From: a bacterium
GTDB lineage: Bacteria; Patescibacteriota; Patescibacteriia; UBA1558; GWA2-36-10
Reading direction: 5' to 3'
Length of the DNA stretch: 64,000 nucleotides
NCBI GenBank assembly: GCA_018653315.1
Contig: JABIAL010000007.1
Coordinates: forward strand, 11,348-75,347
Shown: positions 1 through 9,705 of the stretch, in pieces
Position numbering within the stretch: the stretch's first letter is position 1
Layout of the letters: every line of letters starts with the position of its first letter
Position numbers and translations under genes: made by a program
Notes under the pieces: model-generated
The model's input: the letters and a program-made list of their open reading frames with translations, nothing else
Databases searched by the model: none
Told to the model about the DNA's origin: nothing

Positions 1-270
1 ATCAATCATATACCGGAAGCTGAAAAAACAAGCTCTTGGGCAGTTGGCTTAGAACACATCTTGAAAATGTGGGAAACATTTTTGTCAGATCATAGTGTTA
101 CTCGTATCAAGACTTTAGGTGAAGAATTTAATCCTCATATTCACGAAGCTTTAGATCAAGTAAATGAGGAAGACAAAAAAGACCAAGAAATCGTTGAAGA
201 AAAACAAGCTGGTTTTATGCTCAATGAAGACGTCATAAGACCTGCCAAAGTTATTATAAATAATAAGTAA
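1..270 (+). CDS. grpE: GrpE nucleotide exchange factor, C-terminal part (the 5' end lies upstream of the window)
   Basis: Frame 1 is open from nt 1. The translation ends ...FNPHIHEAL...GFMLNEDVIRPAKV..., which is a typical GrpE C-terminus. dnaK and dnaJ follow. Confidence 0.75.
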   Translation: MNHIPEAEKTSSWAVGLEHILKMWETFLSDHSVTRIKTLGEEFNPHIHEALDQVNEEDKKDQEIVEEKQAGFMLNEDVIRPAKVIINNK

Positions 271-278
271 TAAATATT

Positions 279-668
279 ATGTCATTAATACCATGGAGTC
301 CCTTTTTGGACACTTTTGAAAATTTGGAAAATACAGATTTTTTGCCGGCTATCGATGTTTATGAAGATCATGATCAAGTCATAGTTGAGGCAAGTTTAGC
401 TGGTATTAGCCCGGAGGACGTCAATATTTCCGTTAAAGATGATATTTTCAATCTAGAAGGCACTCGTCGAGAAACTTCAGAGATAGATGAAAAAAACTAT
501 TACCGCAAAGAAGTGCGTACCGGGTCTTTTCATCGCTCAGTTATTTTGCCGGCTTCAGTACAAGCCGATAAAGCTGAGGCTAATTTTGATAACGGATTAT
601 TGAAAGTAGTTTTACCAAAAGAAGCTCACGCTAAATCTAAAAACATTGAGATTAAAATTAAAAAATAA
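279..668 (+). CDS. Hsp20/alpha-crystallin small heat-shock protein
   Basis: The alpha-crystallin-domain pattern is present (AIDVYEDHDQVIVEASLAGI...GSFHRSVILPASV...GLLKVVLPK). It lies between grpE and dnaK. Confidence 0.85.
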   Translation: MSLIPWSPFLDTFENLENTDFLPAIDVYEDHDQVIVEASLAGISPEDVNISVKDDIFNLEGTRRETSEIDEKNYYRKEVRTGSFHRSVILPASVQADKAEANFDNGLLKVVLPKEAHAKSKNIEIKIKK

Positions 669-1000
669 TGATAAATTCCAACAGTCCATTAAATATAAAG
701 TTGATCAAGAAATGTCCAGTTTGTGCTAGTGAGTACAATCAGTCTCAAATTCAAGTGCTACACGAAAGTGATTATGGATTATTGACTTATGCCACCTGTC
801 GCAAGTGTAGTTCAAATTTATTAACCAAGTTCTCTTCATTGCCACAAGGCATTGTCGGTAACGCCATTTTGACCGATTTGAAACCACAAGAAGTATTAGA
901 CTTTGCCATTGGCGATGATCTAGATGCCGATCAAGTTTTAGACATGCAAACAATGATAAAAAATAATCAATTAATAAATAATTTTAAAGAAATAATTTAA
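668..1000 (+). CDS. hypothetical protein with a CxxC...CxxC zinc-ribbon-like motif
   Basis: Contains CPVCASEY...CRKCSS. The ORF is 110 aa in the chaperone operon and runs into dnaK. No family was recognised. Confidence 0.4.
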   Translation: MINSNSPLNIKLIKKCPVCASEYNQSQIQVLHESDYGLLTYATCRKCSSNLLTKFSSLPQGIVGNAILTDLKPQEVLDFAIGDDLDADQVLDMQTMIKNNQLINNFKEII

Positions 1001-1007
1001 AAAACAT

Positions 1008-2987
1008 ATGGGAAAAATTTTAGGAATCGATTTAGGTACTACTAATTCAGCCTTCGCTATTATCGAAGGTGGTCAACCAAAGATTTTGGAAAACAAAGAA
1101 GGTAGTAGAACTACTCCTTCTATGGTCGCTATTTCAAAAAATGGTGAACGCTTAGTAGGTATGCCGGCTAAACGTCAGGCAGTAACCAATCCAGAAAACA
1201 CAATTTTTTCAGTCAAGCGTTTGATCGGACGTAAATTTAGCGATGAGGCAGTAGCTGAAGATATCAAGACCGTGCCTTACAAAATTGTTCAGGATGGCGT
1301 GGGTGTAAAAGTTGCTATGAGTGGCAAAGATCATAGTCCACAAGAAATTTCTGCTATGATTTTGCAAAAGATCAAAGCTGATGCTGAAAGTAAATTAGGT
1401 GAACCAATCACCGAAGCTGTTATTACTGTGCCTGCTTATTTTGATGATTCACAAAGACAAGCTACCAAAGATGCTGGTAAAATTGCCGGTTTAGAAGTAA
1501 AAAGAATTATAAACGAACCAACAGCAGCAGCACTAGCTTATGGATTTGATAAAAAGAAAGATCAACAAGTAGTTGTTTATGATCTGGGTGGTGGTACTTT
1601 TGATGTTTCTGTTTTAGATGTTTCTGCAGATACTGTAGAGGTAAAGTCTACAAATGGCGATACTCATTTGGGTGGCGATGACTTTGATCAAGTTATTATC
1701 AAATGGATTTTGGAAGAATATAAAAAACAAGAAGGATTAGACTTATCCAATGATAATTTAGCTTTGCAAAGACTGAAAGAATCAGCTGAAAAAGCTAAGA
1801 TTGAGCTTTCTTCTTCTATGGAAACTGAAATCAATCAGCCATTTATCACTACTGATGAATCTGGTCCAAAGCATTTGGTGATGAAAATGACTCGTGCTCA
1901 ACTAGAAGATTTAGTTGGTGATTTAGTGACTAAGACTTTAGAGCCATGTAAAAAGGCTTTAGCTGATGCTAAATTAGAGGTCAAAGATATTGAGGAAGTT
2001 ATTATGGTTGGTGGTATGACTCGTATGCCACTTGTCCTAAAGAAAGTTGAAGAATTTTTTGGCAAAAAACCAAATGTTTCTGTAAACCCTGACGAAGTAG
2101 TAGCCTTAGGTGCAGCTGTACAAGCTGGAGTTTTGCAAGGTGATGTCAAAGATGTTTTATTGCTAGACGTAACTCCACTTACTTTGGGTATTGAAACTAT
2201 GGGTGGTGTCCGTACTCCATTGATTGATCGTAATACAACTATCCCAGCTTCAAAAACTCAGACCTTCTCTACTGCCGCTGATAGTCAGCCCAGTGTAGAG
2301 ATCCATGTCTTACAAGGTGAACGTGAGATGGCAGGGGATAATAAAACTTTAGGTAGATTTACTTTGACTGGTATTCCTCCAGCACCACGTGGTGTTCCTC
2401 AAATTGAAGTAAGTTTTGATATTGATGCTAATGGTATTTTGCATGTCAAAGCTGTAGATAAAGGAACTGGTACTGAACAAAAGATTACTATCCAAGCAAG
2501 CTCTGGTTTATCTGATGCTGATATTGAGAAAATGCAAAAGGATGCTGAGGTTCATGCTGATGAAGATAAGAAAAAGAAAGAAGCAGTGGAAACTCGTAAC
2601 TCTGCTGATAATATTGTTTTCCAAACTGAAAAATTTATCAAAGACAATGGAGATAAATTTAAAGAAGAAGATAAAAAAGAAATGGAAGACAAAACTGAAG
2701 CTCTTAAGAAAGTAAAAGACGGCGAAGATTTAGAAGCTATTAAAACTGCTACTAAAGATCTGGAAGAAGTTGTCCAAAAGATTGGGGCTGCAATGTATCA
2801 AAACCAATCAACCGAACAATCTAAGCCAGGTGAAGCTGATCCAAATGCAGATGCTGCTTCAGGTGAAGAGAAGAAAGAAGACACAGCTGAAGGCGACTTC
2901 GAAGATGTCAAACCATCCTCCGCCGAGGCTACGGATGGCAGGGAAGAAGACAAGAAAGAAGAAACTAAAACAGAAGAAACTAAATAA
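1008..2987 (+). CDS. dnaK: molecular chaperone DnaK (Hsp70)
   Basis: Hsp70 signatures are present: [24 protein letters not shown] and the [14 protein letters not shown] substrate-binding-domain motif. The protein is 659 aa. Confidence 0.97.
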   Translation: MGKILGIDLGTTNSAFAIIEGGQPKILENKEGSRTTPSMVAISKNGERLVGMPAKRQAVTNPENTIFSVKRLIGRKFSDEAVAEDIKTVPYKIVQDGVGVKVAMSGKDHSPQEISAMILQKIKADAESKLGEPITEAVITVPAYFDDSQRQATKDAGKIAGLEVKRIINEPTAAALAYGFDKKKDQQVVVYDLGGGTFDVSVLDVSADTVEVKSTNGDTHLGGDDFDQVIIKWILEEYKKQEGLDLSNDNLALQRLKESAEKAKIELSSSMETEINQPFITTDESGPKHLVMKMTRAQLEDLVGDLVTKTLEPCKKALADAKLEVKDIEEVIMVGGMTRMPLVLKKVEEFFGKKPNVSVNPDEVVALGAAVQAGVLQGDVKDVLLLDVTPLTLGIETMGGVRTPLIDRNTTIPASKTQTFSTAADSQPSVEIHVLQGEREMAGDNKTLGRFTLTGIPPAPRGVPQIEVSFDIDANGILHVKAVDKGTGTEQKITIQASSGLSDADIEKMQKDAEVHADEDKKKKEAVETRNSADNIVFQTEKFIKDNGDKFKEEDKKEMEDKTEALKKVKDGEDLEAIKTATKDLEEVVQKIGAAMYQNQSTEQSKPGEADPNADAASGEEKKEDTAEGDFEDVKPSSAEATDGREEDKKEETKTEETK

Positions 2988-4075
2988 TGTCCAAAGATTA
3001 TTACAAAATATTAGGCGTAGAAAAAAGTGCTTCGGCTGATGAAATAAAAAAAGCTTTTCGTAAAGTAGCTCATGAACATCATCCTGACAAAAATAATGGT
3101 CAAGATGAAAAGTTCAAAGAAGCCAATGAAGCTTATCAGACTTTGAGTGACAAAAGTAAACGCGCTCAATATGATCAATTTGGCAGTGCTTTTTCTGGTG
3201 GCCAAAGTGGTTTTGGCGGTGGTAATCCATTTGGGCAAGGCTTTGGCCAAGGTGGCGCTCAACAAACCGACTTTGATTTTGACTTAGGAGATATCTTTGG
3301 TAGTTTTTTTGGTGGACAAGGAGGCCAAGGTGGTGCAAGAGCTGGCCGGACTCAACGCGGATCTGATTTAGAAGTGAATTTAGAAATTACTTTGAAAGAA
3401 GCTGTCTTTGGTGTAAGTCACAATGTTTCTTTGCAAAGAAAAAGTCAGTGTCAGCCATGTCAGGGTACAGGTGCCAAAGAGGGTACTTCTTTTGATAAAT
3501 GTCCGACTTGTGATGGTGCCGGCCGAGTGACGACAACTATTTTGGGACAATTCCAGACACAGACTGCTTGTCCAGAATGTAGAGGCCAAGGTAAAAATAT
3601 TAAAGATAAATGTGGCGCTTGTAGTGGTCAAGGTATCACTGTCGAACATCAAGATATAAAAGTAGAGGTACCAGGTGGTATCGACACTGGTCAGTCTATT
3701 CGTCTCAGTGGACAAGGGGACAGTGGTGTTAATGGTGCGTCTGCTGGAGACTTGTATGTCAATATTCTCGTCAAACCTCAAGCTGATTTGGTGCGTGAAG
3801 GTTTTGATCTAATTTCTGAAATCAAAATTCCATTTACCATTGCAGCGATGGGCGGTGAAATAAAAGTAAATACAATAGACGGAAAAGTAAAATTAAAAAT
3901 CCCAACTGGTACTCAGAGTAATAAAAAATTTATTCTTCGCAATAAAGGTGTTACTAAATTGAAAAGCAGAGGACGAGGTGATCAGATTGTGATTATAGTT
4001 GTTGATGTGCCGACAAAACTGTCTAGAAAGCAGAAGAAACTTTTAGAAGAGTTGAGTAAAGAGTTGAATGATTAA
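2987..4075 (+). CDS. dnaJ: co-chaperone DnaJ
   Basis: It has a J domain with HPD (HHPDKN), a Gly/Phe-rich linker, four CxxCxGxG zinc-finger repeats and a C-terminal domain. Its start overlaps the dnaK stop. Confidence 0.95.
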   Translation: MSKDYYKILGVEKSASADEIKKAFRKVAHEHHPDKNNGQDEKFKEANEAYQTLSDKSKRAQYDQFGSAFSGGQSGFGGGNPFGQGFGQGGAQQTDFDFDLGDIFGSFFGGQGGQGGARAGRTQRGSDLEVNLEITLKEAVFGVSHNVSLQRKSQCQPCQGTGAKEGTSFDKCPTCDGAGRVTTTILGQFQTQTACPECRGQGKNIKDKCGACSGQGITVEHQDIKVEVPGGIDTGQSIRLSGQGDSGVNGASAGDLYVNILVKPQADLVREGFDLISEIKIPFTIAAMGGEIKVNTIDGKVKLKIPTGTQSNKKFILRNKGVTKLKSRGRGDQIVIIVVDVPTKLSRKQKKLLEELSKELND

Positions 4076-4081
4076 AATAAA

Positions 4082-4107
4082 AGGCACCTTGGAAGAGGTG
4101 CTTTTTG
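4082..4107 (+). terminator. intrinsic terminator after dnaJ
   Basis: The GC stem ggcacc...ggtgc is followed by TTTTT immediately after the dnaJ stop. This argues that the next gene starts downstream of it. Confidence 0.6.
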
Positions 4108-4112
4108 TAAAT

Positions 4113-4140
4113 TGCTTGTTTATTTCAGTAGTGCTAAAAT
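4113..4140 (+). promoter_or_regulatory. sigma70-type promoter, copy 1 of a repeated plus-strand promoter cassette
   Basis: Reads TTGCTT-17-TAAAAT inside the conserved string aattgcYtgtttatttcagtRgtgSta(a/g)aat. Two further copies lie at 7376 and 10398. Confidence 0.6.
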
Positions 4141-4172
4141 ATACACAAGTTAATTTAACTCTAAGAAATATA

Positions 4173-4910
4173 ATGTGGTCAAAACAACAAATTGAATATC
4201 ATGAAAAAGCTGCGAAGTTGCTTATAAAAATCAAAGATTTAACATTTAAGCACATTCAAAACAACCGATCAATCTCTGAATATGAGATTCAGCAATTTGT
4301 GTTAGAAAAATTTCAGGAACATAACTTAGAAACAGACAAGTATCCGCCAATAGTTTCATATAACCAAAATTCTGCAACGCCTGAATTTTACCCTAAAAAA
4401 TCATCTGAAAAATTAAAAGATAATACTTTTATCTTAATTGATCTGTGGGCAAAATTAAAAATAAAAAATGCGCCTTTTGCGGATATCACTTGGCTTAGTT
4501 TTTATGGAAAAAAAGTTCCTACAGAGATTCAACAAGTATTTGATGTTGTCGTCACTGCTAGAGATGGAGCTCTAAAGTATATAGAAATACAATTAGAAAA
4601 TAATAAGATTCCAACAGGTAAGGATATTGAAAATGTTGCTTTTGAGATAATTAAAAAAGCCGGATTTGAAAAGAATATTTTACATGAACTGGGACACTCT
4701 TTGGGGATAGAACAAGATCATGGTCCTAAACCAAACTGGATTTATCAGAAAAATAAAAAGAGTCTTTTAAAAAATTTAGGCTACACGATTGAGCCAGGAA
4801 TTTATATTGAAAATAAATTTGGAATCCGTAGTGAAATTGATTTTTATATTTCAAGTGACGATAAATTGATTGTCACTACAGATTTGCAAAAAGAGATTAT
4901 CTTGTTATAA
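4173..4910 (+). CDS. M24 (pita-bread fold) metallopeptidase-like protein, possibly degenerate
   Basis: HELGHSLG...EPGIYIENKFGIRSEIDF resembles the C-terminal metal-ligand region of MetAP/Xaa-Pro peptidases. The track start at 4068 lies upstream of the dnaJ terminator and the promoter, so the internal ATG at 4173 was chosen. Confidence 0.4.
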   Translation: MWSKQQIEYHEKAAKLLIKIKDLTFKHIQNNRSISEYEIQQFVLEKFQEHNLETDKYPPIVSYNQNSATPEFYPKKSSEKLKDNTFILIDLWAKLKIKNAPFADITWLSFYGKKVPTEIQQVFDVVVTARDGALKYIEIQLENNKIPTGKDIENVAFEIIKKAGFEKNILHELGHSLGIEQDHGPKPNWIYQKNKKSLLKNLGYTIEPGIYIENKFGIRSEIDFYISSDDKLIVTTDLQKEIILL

Positions 4911-4961
4911 AATAACCCTACCCCTTTTTGATGCTTCATTAATTTAAATTTAAAATTTTTT

Positions 4962-5426
4962 ATGAACAAAGAATTTAAACCAGAAATTTCTTTTAGCAAA
5001 GACAAGAGTAATTTAGAAATGCTACAAAAATCTTTGGAGTCAGAGGAAATTGATAAGGATATAATTCCAATTCTTGAAAAGTTTTTTTCTCTACCAATTA
5101 CTCCTCACCAAAGTTGTTACGGACACGCAGAAACAAACAAAGAGCCGTATTTAAGCTACGTAGATGACGAAACAACAAATGAGTCGGAACTCAGCATTCA
5201 AAGAAATTTCAAAGAAAAAATTATCGAATTAGTTGCGAGAATAAATCAACAAATCGGTAGTGAGGCTGTAAATATAAGCTTAGAAGAAGTTGATCACAAA
5301 AGAGGACCGAAAGATTATACATTACGATTTGAAATAATTGATAAAAAATCTTTTCTACAAAATGGTAAAAAAATATTAGCTATTATTTGGGACGAATTTT
5401 CTAAATATCTTGATGAGTTGAAATAA
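4962..5426 (+). CDS. hypothetical protein
   Basis: A 154-aa ORF that is acidic/hydrophilic. No motif was recognised. Confidence 0.4.
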   Translation: MNKEFKPEISFSKDKSNLEMLQKSLESEEIDKDIIPILEKFFSLPITPHQSCYGHAETNKEPYLSYVDDETTNESELSIQRNFKEKIIELVARINQQIGSEAVNISLEEVDHKRGPKDYTLRFEIIDKKSFLQNGKKILAIIWDEFSKYLDELK

Positions 5427-5470
5427 AAAAATAAGCCACTCCTTTTTTACACGAATTAATTTAAAATGAA

Positions 5471-5503
5471 AAACCCTCGTCGTATAACACGCGAGGGTTT
5501 TGT
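5471..5503. terminator. bidirectional intrinsic terminator
   Basis: The stem accctcg...cgagggt has an A-run on the 5' side and a T-run on the 3' side. It sits between convergent genes. Confidence 0.6.
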
Positions 5504-5513
5504 GATTGGCTTA

Positions 5514-5864
5514 TTATAAGGTGAAGCCCAGAAAGCTACCACCCCTGATCATTGTAATAACAACAATCAGTATAAACTCGATTAGGCCTATGCCCATGGC
5601 CAGGAATATTCTCCAGTCTCGTTGCTTGACTCCATACAATGTAATGATTGAAAAATTGTATATCAGAAGCACATAGGTTTCAACTGAAATTCCTTCTACT
5701 GAACTTGCGTTGATTGCTTTCAGTAGTTGAGGAAATTGAGCAAGAGGACTGATGAAGACCGTGAGGCCAAATAAAATTTCGTACCACTTGGAATCAAGAA
5801 ACCATGACAGCCGATGATTCCAATAGTTGAAAAACGGTTCGAACAATAGCCGCATGGTATTCAT
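5514..5864 (-). CDS. PQ-loop / SemiSWEET-like small membrane protein
   Basis: Three predicted TM helices with a PQ motif (SPLAQFPQLLKAI) in about 100 aa. AGGAG sits 9 nt upstream of the start. It is probably co-transcribed with the upstream minus-strand gene. Confidence 0.5.
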   Translation of the reverse strand: MNTMRLLFEPFFNYWNHRLSWFLDSKWYEILFGLTVFISPLAQFPQLLKAINASSVEGISVETYVLLIYNFSIITLYGVKQRDWRIFLAMGIGLIEFILIVVITMIRGGSFLGFTL

Positions 5865-5919
5865 GGTTTACATTCTCCTATTTCGTTTTTTTTTGTTTTC
5901 ATTGAGGAGATGTCTCTGC

Positions 5920-6354
5920 TTACTTCCAAGTGAAGTATAACATCGGCATAATGATGACAAGGGATTGGATCGCCATCGACCAGATAGTATAGGCCTTAGG
6001 CAAGTCATTTTTTTTGGCATAATAGAGCGTGCGGAATATAAGCTCTATCGTGATGACAGTGATTAGCATGAGCGCGATAAATGCAGCTATAAAGAAGCGC
6101 TCTGAATTGATTGTAAAAGCTAATATAAAAAATGTAATAGCAATTACGATGAGCACAGAGTCCAATGCAACAAATGCAGTGATGAGAGCGTTAGCTGATG
6201 AGATGCATAGAGCGATTAATACAATAATGAGCGTAACAACGAATGGCGTAAAGATTTCGAATAGCACATTGTCATCTGTAATCTGTCTGGTAATAAAAAA
6301 TGTTGCCAGAGTAATTATTGTTATAATAATTTGCCACCAATTAAGCTTAGACAT
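5920..6354 (-). CDS. hypothetical polytopic membrane protein
   Basis: 144 aa with 4-5 hydrophobic helices. GAGGA lies upstream of the ATG, and a consensus promoter lies at 6408-6436. Confidence 0.5.
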   Translation of the reverse strand: MSKLNWWQIIITIITLATFFITRQITDDNVLFEIFTPFVVTLIIVLIALCISSANALITAFVALDSVLIVIAITFFILAFTINSERFFIAAFIALMLITVITIELIFRTLYYAKKNDLPKAYTIWSMAIQSLVIIMPMLYFTWK

Positions 6355-6407
6355 AATTGTTTCCTCTTACTTAAAATTGTAATGTACTTTGTATATAGTA
6401 ATATAAT

Positions 6408-6436
6408 AATATAGTATGTATTTGCTACTTTGTCAA
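6408..6436 (-). promoter_or_regulatory. sigma70 promoter (minus-strand promoter family, copy A)
   Basis: On the minus strand it reads TTGACA-17-TATATT. Confidence 0.6.
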
Positions 6437-6512
6437 GATTAGGAGAAAAGAAAAAGCCCTCCGTATATTTTTATACGAAGGGTCTTTGATTTTGAAATGA
6501 AGACTTGATCAT

Positions 6513-6818
6513 CTATGCGACGATCATGTTAAATTTCGATCCATGATTTTTGCAAAAGAGCATCTTGATTCCGTGAAAGAATAGCTTAATGCTATTTATC
6601 AATAGCCATACAAGAATAAATGCAATTCCTGAGAGGGGGCCACTAAAAAATATTAGAGCTTCGGCATCATTGCGTTCACGATGATAGCGCTGCCATTGGT
6701 CACTACTTGCACAAGGTCCGGGTTCTCGATCTGGTTGTAGCTTTTTAGCTAACCATAGGCTACACATGCCCATGGTAATCCAGCTAATCACACCGATGGT
6801 TAAGTAAATGTATTCCAT
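6513..6818 (-). CDS. hypothetical small membrane protein
   Basis: 101 aa with 3 TM helices. GGAG lies upstream, and a consensus promoter lies at 6861-6889. Confidence 0.5.
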   Translation of the reverse strand: MEYIYLTIGVISWITMGMCSLWLAKKLQPDREPGPCASSDQWQRYHRERNDAEALIFFSGPLSGIAFILVWLLINSIKLFFHGIKMLFCKNHGSKFNMIVA

Positions 6819-6860
6819 TTTCTTTCTCCAGCTTCGTTAATTGTTTGTGTTATGCTCTGA

Positions 6861-6889
6861 ATTATAGCATATATTATATATTTTGTCAA
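6861..6889 (-). promoter_or_regulatory. sigma70 promoter with extended -10 (copy B)
   Basis: On the minus strand it reads TTGACA-17-(TGc)TATAAT. The roughly 45-bp cassette is almost identical to copy C at 7326. Confidence 0.7.
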
Positions 6890-6938
6890 GGAGAGCAAAA
6901 AAAGCAGGACCACCTTGTGGGGTGACCCTGAGACATGT

Positions 6939-7292
6939 TTACGCTAATGCGTAAGGATGTAATATAACATCGAAACGGTGATGATTATGAATATAACCGA
7001 AGGTAAATTCATTGTTCAAGTCGTTTTTCTTTGTGCAATCAGATTCGTATAATGCGACGGCTAATGCAATTGCTAAGGTGGCGACGCATATGGTGACGAG
7101 TGTGGTGAGTGCAACGTTTGTGTCAGTGGGTTTGTCGAGTGCGACGAATATAACGACGAGTGCGACGGTGAGTATGACGGCGAATACTGAGGACATAATG
7201 TCATCATTTATGGCATTTGTTATAATAAAGACAGCCAAGGTGATGATGATTATTATCAAATACTGCCAAAATAATTTACGCTTCTGATCCAT
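6939..7292 (-). CDS. hypothetical small membrane protein
   Basis: The start is placed at MDQKRKL, with AGGAG upstream. The longer track start at 7325 would lie upstream of the predicted transcription start site of the promoter at 7326-7354. Confidence 0.5.
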   Translation of the reverse strand: MDQKRKLFWQYLIIIIITLAVFIITNAINDDIMSSVFAVILTVALVVIFVALDKPTDTNVALTTLVTICVATLAIALAVALYESDCTKKNDLNNEFTFGYIHNHHRFDVILHPYALA

Positions 7293-7325
7293 CTTTCTTA
7301 CTCCTAGTTTTAAAGAACATATCAT

Positions 7326-7354
7326 ATAATAGCATATATTGTATATTTTGTCAA
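7326..7354 (-). promoter_or_regulatory. sigma70 promoter with extended -10 (copy C)
   Basis: On the minus strand it reads TTGACA-17-(TGc)TATTAT. It is near-identical to copy B and includes the upstream T-rich ...CTCC element. Confidence 0.7.
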
Positions 7355-7375
7355 GGAGGGCAAAAAAAGATGTAA

Positions 7376-7404
7376 TTGCCTGTTTATTTCAGTGATGGTA
7401 GAAT
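7376..7404 (+). promoter_or_regulatory. sigma70 promoter, copy 2 of the plus-strand cassette; likely leaderless
   Basis: Reads TTGCCT-17-TAGAAT. The -10 ends 6 nt before the ATG at 7411. Confidence 0.55.
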
Positions 7405-7410
7405 TATGGT

Positions 7411-7917
7411 ATGAAAAAAATAAGTTTACAAGCTGAGCAAATCATGACAACCAATGATTTTCCAGTGCATAATGAGCAAGTTTTAAAGATATACTTTAAA
7501 ATTGCCAAAGCTAATCCAGAATTGTTACCAGTCACTCCAGTGATACATAAATCACTTGGCTTGTCAGTGTTAGGAGAAAAAGTTCAAAATTTTTTTGAAA
7601 AGAATTCGGAGCTGGAATATATCATGTGTGATGGTAGTCATAAGACCACTGCTTTGACTTTGACTGATAATCCCATCAACGCCATGTTGCTTGAGAGTGA
7701 TAATGATATAAAGGAGTTTAAAGCTTTGATAGACTCTGGAGAAATTTTTAGTTTTGCTTGTAGCGATTCAATAAAAGAGATATTAAAAGATAAGGCAGAG
7801 CATTTTGCTGAAGCTGAATTTTTTCAAACTGTAAAATCTAAGACTGACAGAATGGTTGATGAGAAAGTAATTCCTCAGTATATGATTGATTTTTATAAAA
7901 AAATAAAATTAACATAA
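7411..7917 (+). CDS. ParB/sulfiredoxin-fold (DGQHR-like) domain protein
   Basis: The motif IMCDGSHKTTALTL resembles the DG(Q/S)H(R/K)..A signature of ParB/Srx/DndB-like folds. The protein is 168 aa and lies 5 nt upstream of the next gene. Confidence 0.4.
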   Translation: MKKISLQAEQIMTTNDFPVHNEQVLKIYFKIAKANPELLPVTPVIHKSLGLSVLGEKVQNFFEKNSELEYIMCDGSHKTTALTLTDNPINAMLLESDNDIKEFKALIDSGEIFSFACSDSIKEILKDKAEHFAEAEFFQTVKSKTDRMVDEKVIPQYMIDFYKKIKLT

Positions 7918-7921
7918 AAAT

Positions 7922-8677
7922 ATGACTAAAGATTTAACGAATCAATTTTTTGACATTAATAAATTTCCGGCTGAAGAAGGATTAGTTGTTTTCCCTATAT
8001 CAATGAATCGTATTTCAAATCCATCTCAAGGTGCTCAGATTTATTATGAATATTTAGGGCATTTTAATCCTGATAAAATTGTAAAATCAAATCCCAACTC
8101 AAAAGCTGGCGGAGTTTTTGTTTATACTGATTTTTTATATTTATACTCAGAAGAGCCTGCTTATAAATTAAAATATCGTTTTACGGACTTGATGATCAGC
8201 CACATGAAATCTTTTCAGAATATCTTAAAAAAAGATAAACATGTGGTTCAAGATTCTTTTTCTTACACAACATGGAGCCAACTTTATTTAAATAGTAATT
8301 TTGTTAGTTTTTTTGATAAACTTAAAAATATATATAAAAAAGATAAAGAATTTCAGAAATATTTGAAAGAGGATTTTGATAATCTTAAAAATACTAAATT
8401 AAGTTTTGATGAAAAGCAAATCGATTTTTTCTTAGAAGAACATTTAATGGCGCATTTAATAACTAAGGGACAAGTTTCTCTTTATAATAAATTTATTGAT
8501 GGGCGTGAAAATTGGATATTATTAGCTTATCCAGATAAACCACCGAAAGCCCTGACTTATTTATACCAAAAAGATTTTTTAAAATTAGATAATCCAAAAA
8601 ATGTTTACCAAGACTCCTGGTATGATTTAGAAGAGAAAAAGCTTTATGATCATCATAAGATTAATTTAAATATATGA
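7922..8677 (+). CDS. hypothetical protein, paralog A of a tandemly duplicated family
   Basis: 251 aa starting MTKDLTNQFFDINKFP..., about 55% identical to the ORF at 10450-11217. No family was recognised. Confidence 0.55.
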   Translation: MTKDLTNQFFDINKFPAEEGLVVFPISMNRISNPSQGAQIYYEYLGHFNPDKIVKSNPNSKAGGVFVYTDFLYLYSEEPAYKLKYRFTDLMISHMKSFQNILKKDKHVVQDSFSYTTWSQLYLNSNFVSFFDKLKNIYKKDKEFQKYLKEDFDNLKNTKLSFDEKQIDFFLEEHLMAHLITKGQVSLYNKFIDGRENWILLAYPDKPPKALTYLYQKDFLKLDNPKNVYQDSWYDLEEKKLYDHHKINLNI

Positions 8678-8760
8678 CTAAAGATTTAACGAATCAATTT
8701 TTTGACATTAATAAACTTCCGGCTGAAGAAGGAATGCCTGTTTATTTTGTTTTAAAATAA
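8674..8760 (+). pseudogene. 28-codon N-terminal fragment of the MTKDLTNQFFDINK paralog family
   Basis: Translates to MTKDLTNQFFDINKLPAEEGMPVYFVLK*. It overlaps the previous stop as ATGA. Its 3' end (gaatgcctgtttatttt) is fused to a piece of the plus-strand promoter repeat. Confidence 0.6.
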
Positions 8761-8803
8761 AAACCCCGTCCCTTTCTGTCTAGAAGACAAATTAGGACGA
8801 GGT
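8761..8803. terminator. hairpin between convergent genes (putative bidirectional terminator)
   Basis: The stem cgtcc...ggacg has an internal tgtct-aga-agaca hairpin, with an A-run to the 5' side. Confidence 0.4.
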
Positions 8804-8834
8804 GACGCGCTGCAATGCACGCGGTTAGTGGTTA

Positions 8835-9704
8835 TTAGGATTCAGCAATGTCAAAGAGTGTTTGTAGAACAGCAGCTGGTTCAATGCCTTTGAGTTTGAC
8901 GTCAAAACATAGGAAGCCAGATGTCCAACCATCTTCTATTTTTTCAACTACTTCAGAAAATACCATTAACATAAAATGCAATCCAATCGTCAGATCTTCA
9001 AGGATAAAGTAGGCGCTAGCCTCATGTACTTGAATATCCAAGATTTTATGATGTTGGACTTCTCCTTCATTGTTTGGCTTGAAGGAGATTTCTCTGCCAA
9101 CTAGGTATTTTTTCAACCGAGCTTCCATCATAGCTGGAGTGAGTTCAATTGCATCAGGCTCTGTTTCGGGCATCTTCAGGGGGACTTCCAAGAGGTGTTT
9201 CAGGAGTTTGGCCCAGTTTTTGGCTTGAACAGAGAGGTTTTCCTCCTTGCACCATTCTTTCCGATCCATCTCATTGGCAAGATTGTCAGGTTGAAAATGG
9301 TTAATCCAGTTGCGAGTATTGCTCAGGACAACCTTGGCACCATTAACCATAAATGGTGTTGGCCAGCCCTCACCTTCATTAAAGGCATCGAAGCAAGCCG
9401 AAGCTGGATGTTGGTGATGGTTACTGTCGGAAAATACTGCTACATACTTAAAGCCACGGATACTTGCGAGCAAGGCAATAAAGATACCGACTGGCATTTC
9501 ATCGCGCCAGCGGTGTCGTTCACCTTGCGCTTGCAAGCTAGGCGGCATCAAGAGATCAGCTAGTAAGACATCGAATTCGTGCTCGGACAGGATGAGCTCC
9601 TGGGCTTCATCATAAGTAGATACAACAGTCAGATCGTGTTCTGCTAGTTGAGCTATTGCAGCTTCTCTATGAATAGCATTGTCATCAAGAACTAAGATTT
9701 TCAT
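8835..9704 (-). CDS. response regulator: REC receiver domain plus an uncharacterised C-terminal domain
   Basis: The REC motifs are KILVLDD, ...FDVLLADLLMP (phospho-acceptor Asp) and ...VAVFSDS...GAKVVL. The C-terminal ~150 aa is unknown. The start was taken at MKILVLDD, 2 nt after the upstream stop; the track start is 9746. GC is about 45%, against about 30% in the flanks. Confidence 0.6.
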   Translation of the reverse strand: MKILVLDDNAIHREAAIAQLAEHDLTVVSTYDEAQELILSEHEFDVLLADLLMPPSLQAQGERHRWRDEMPVGIFIALLASIRGFKYVAVFSDSNHHQHPASACFDAFNEGEGWPTPFMVNGAKVVLSNTRNWINHFQPDNLANEMDRKEWCKEENLSVQAKNWAKLLKHLLEVPLKMPETEPDAIELTPAMMEARLKKYLVGREISFKPNNEGEVQHHKILDIQVHEASAYFILEDLTIGLHFMLMVFSEVVEKIEDGWTSGFLCFDVKLKGIEPAAVLQTLFDIAES

Positions 9705-9705
9705 T

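Noticed and set aside
726-953. Antisense ORFs inside the chaperone genes (726-953-, 1898-2149-, 2515-2715+, 2770-3039+, 3011-3265-, 3114-3338-, 3380-3781-)
   Set aside because: They lie within or opposite dnaK, dnaJ or the zinc-ribbon gene, which have clear homology. They are low-complexity translations with no signals.
4068-4172. N-terminal extension of ORF 4068-4910
   Set aside because: It contains the dnaJ intrinsic terminator and a copy of the repeated promoter, so the start was moved to 4173.
6029-6382. Plus-strand ORFs 6029-6382 and 7012-7287
   Set aside because: They are antisense to minus-strand membrane-protein genes that have consensus promoters and SDs. The plus-strand ORFs have neither.
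9195-9563. Plus-strand 122-aa ORF inside the REC gene
   Set aside because: It is antisense to a gene with a clear REC domain. It is an artefact of the higher-GC composition.
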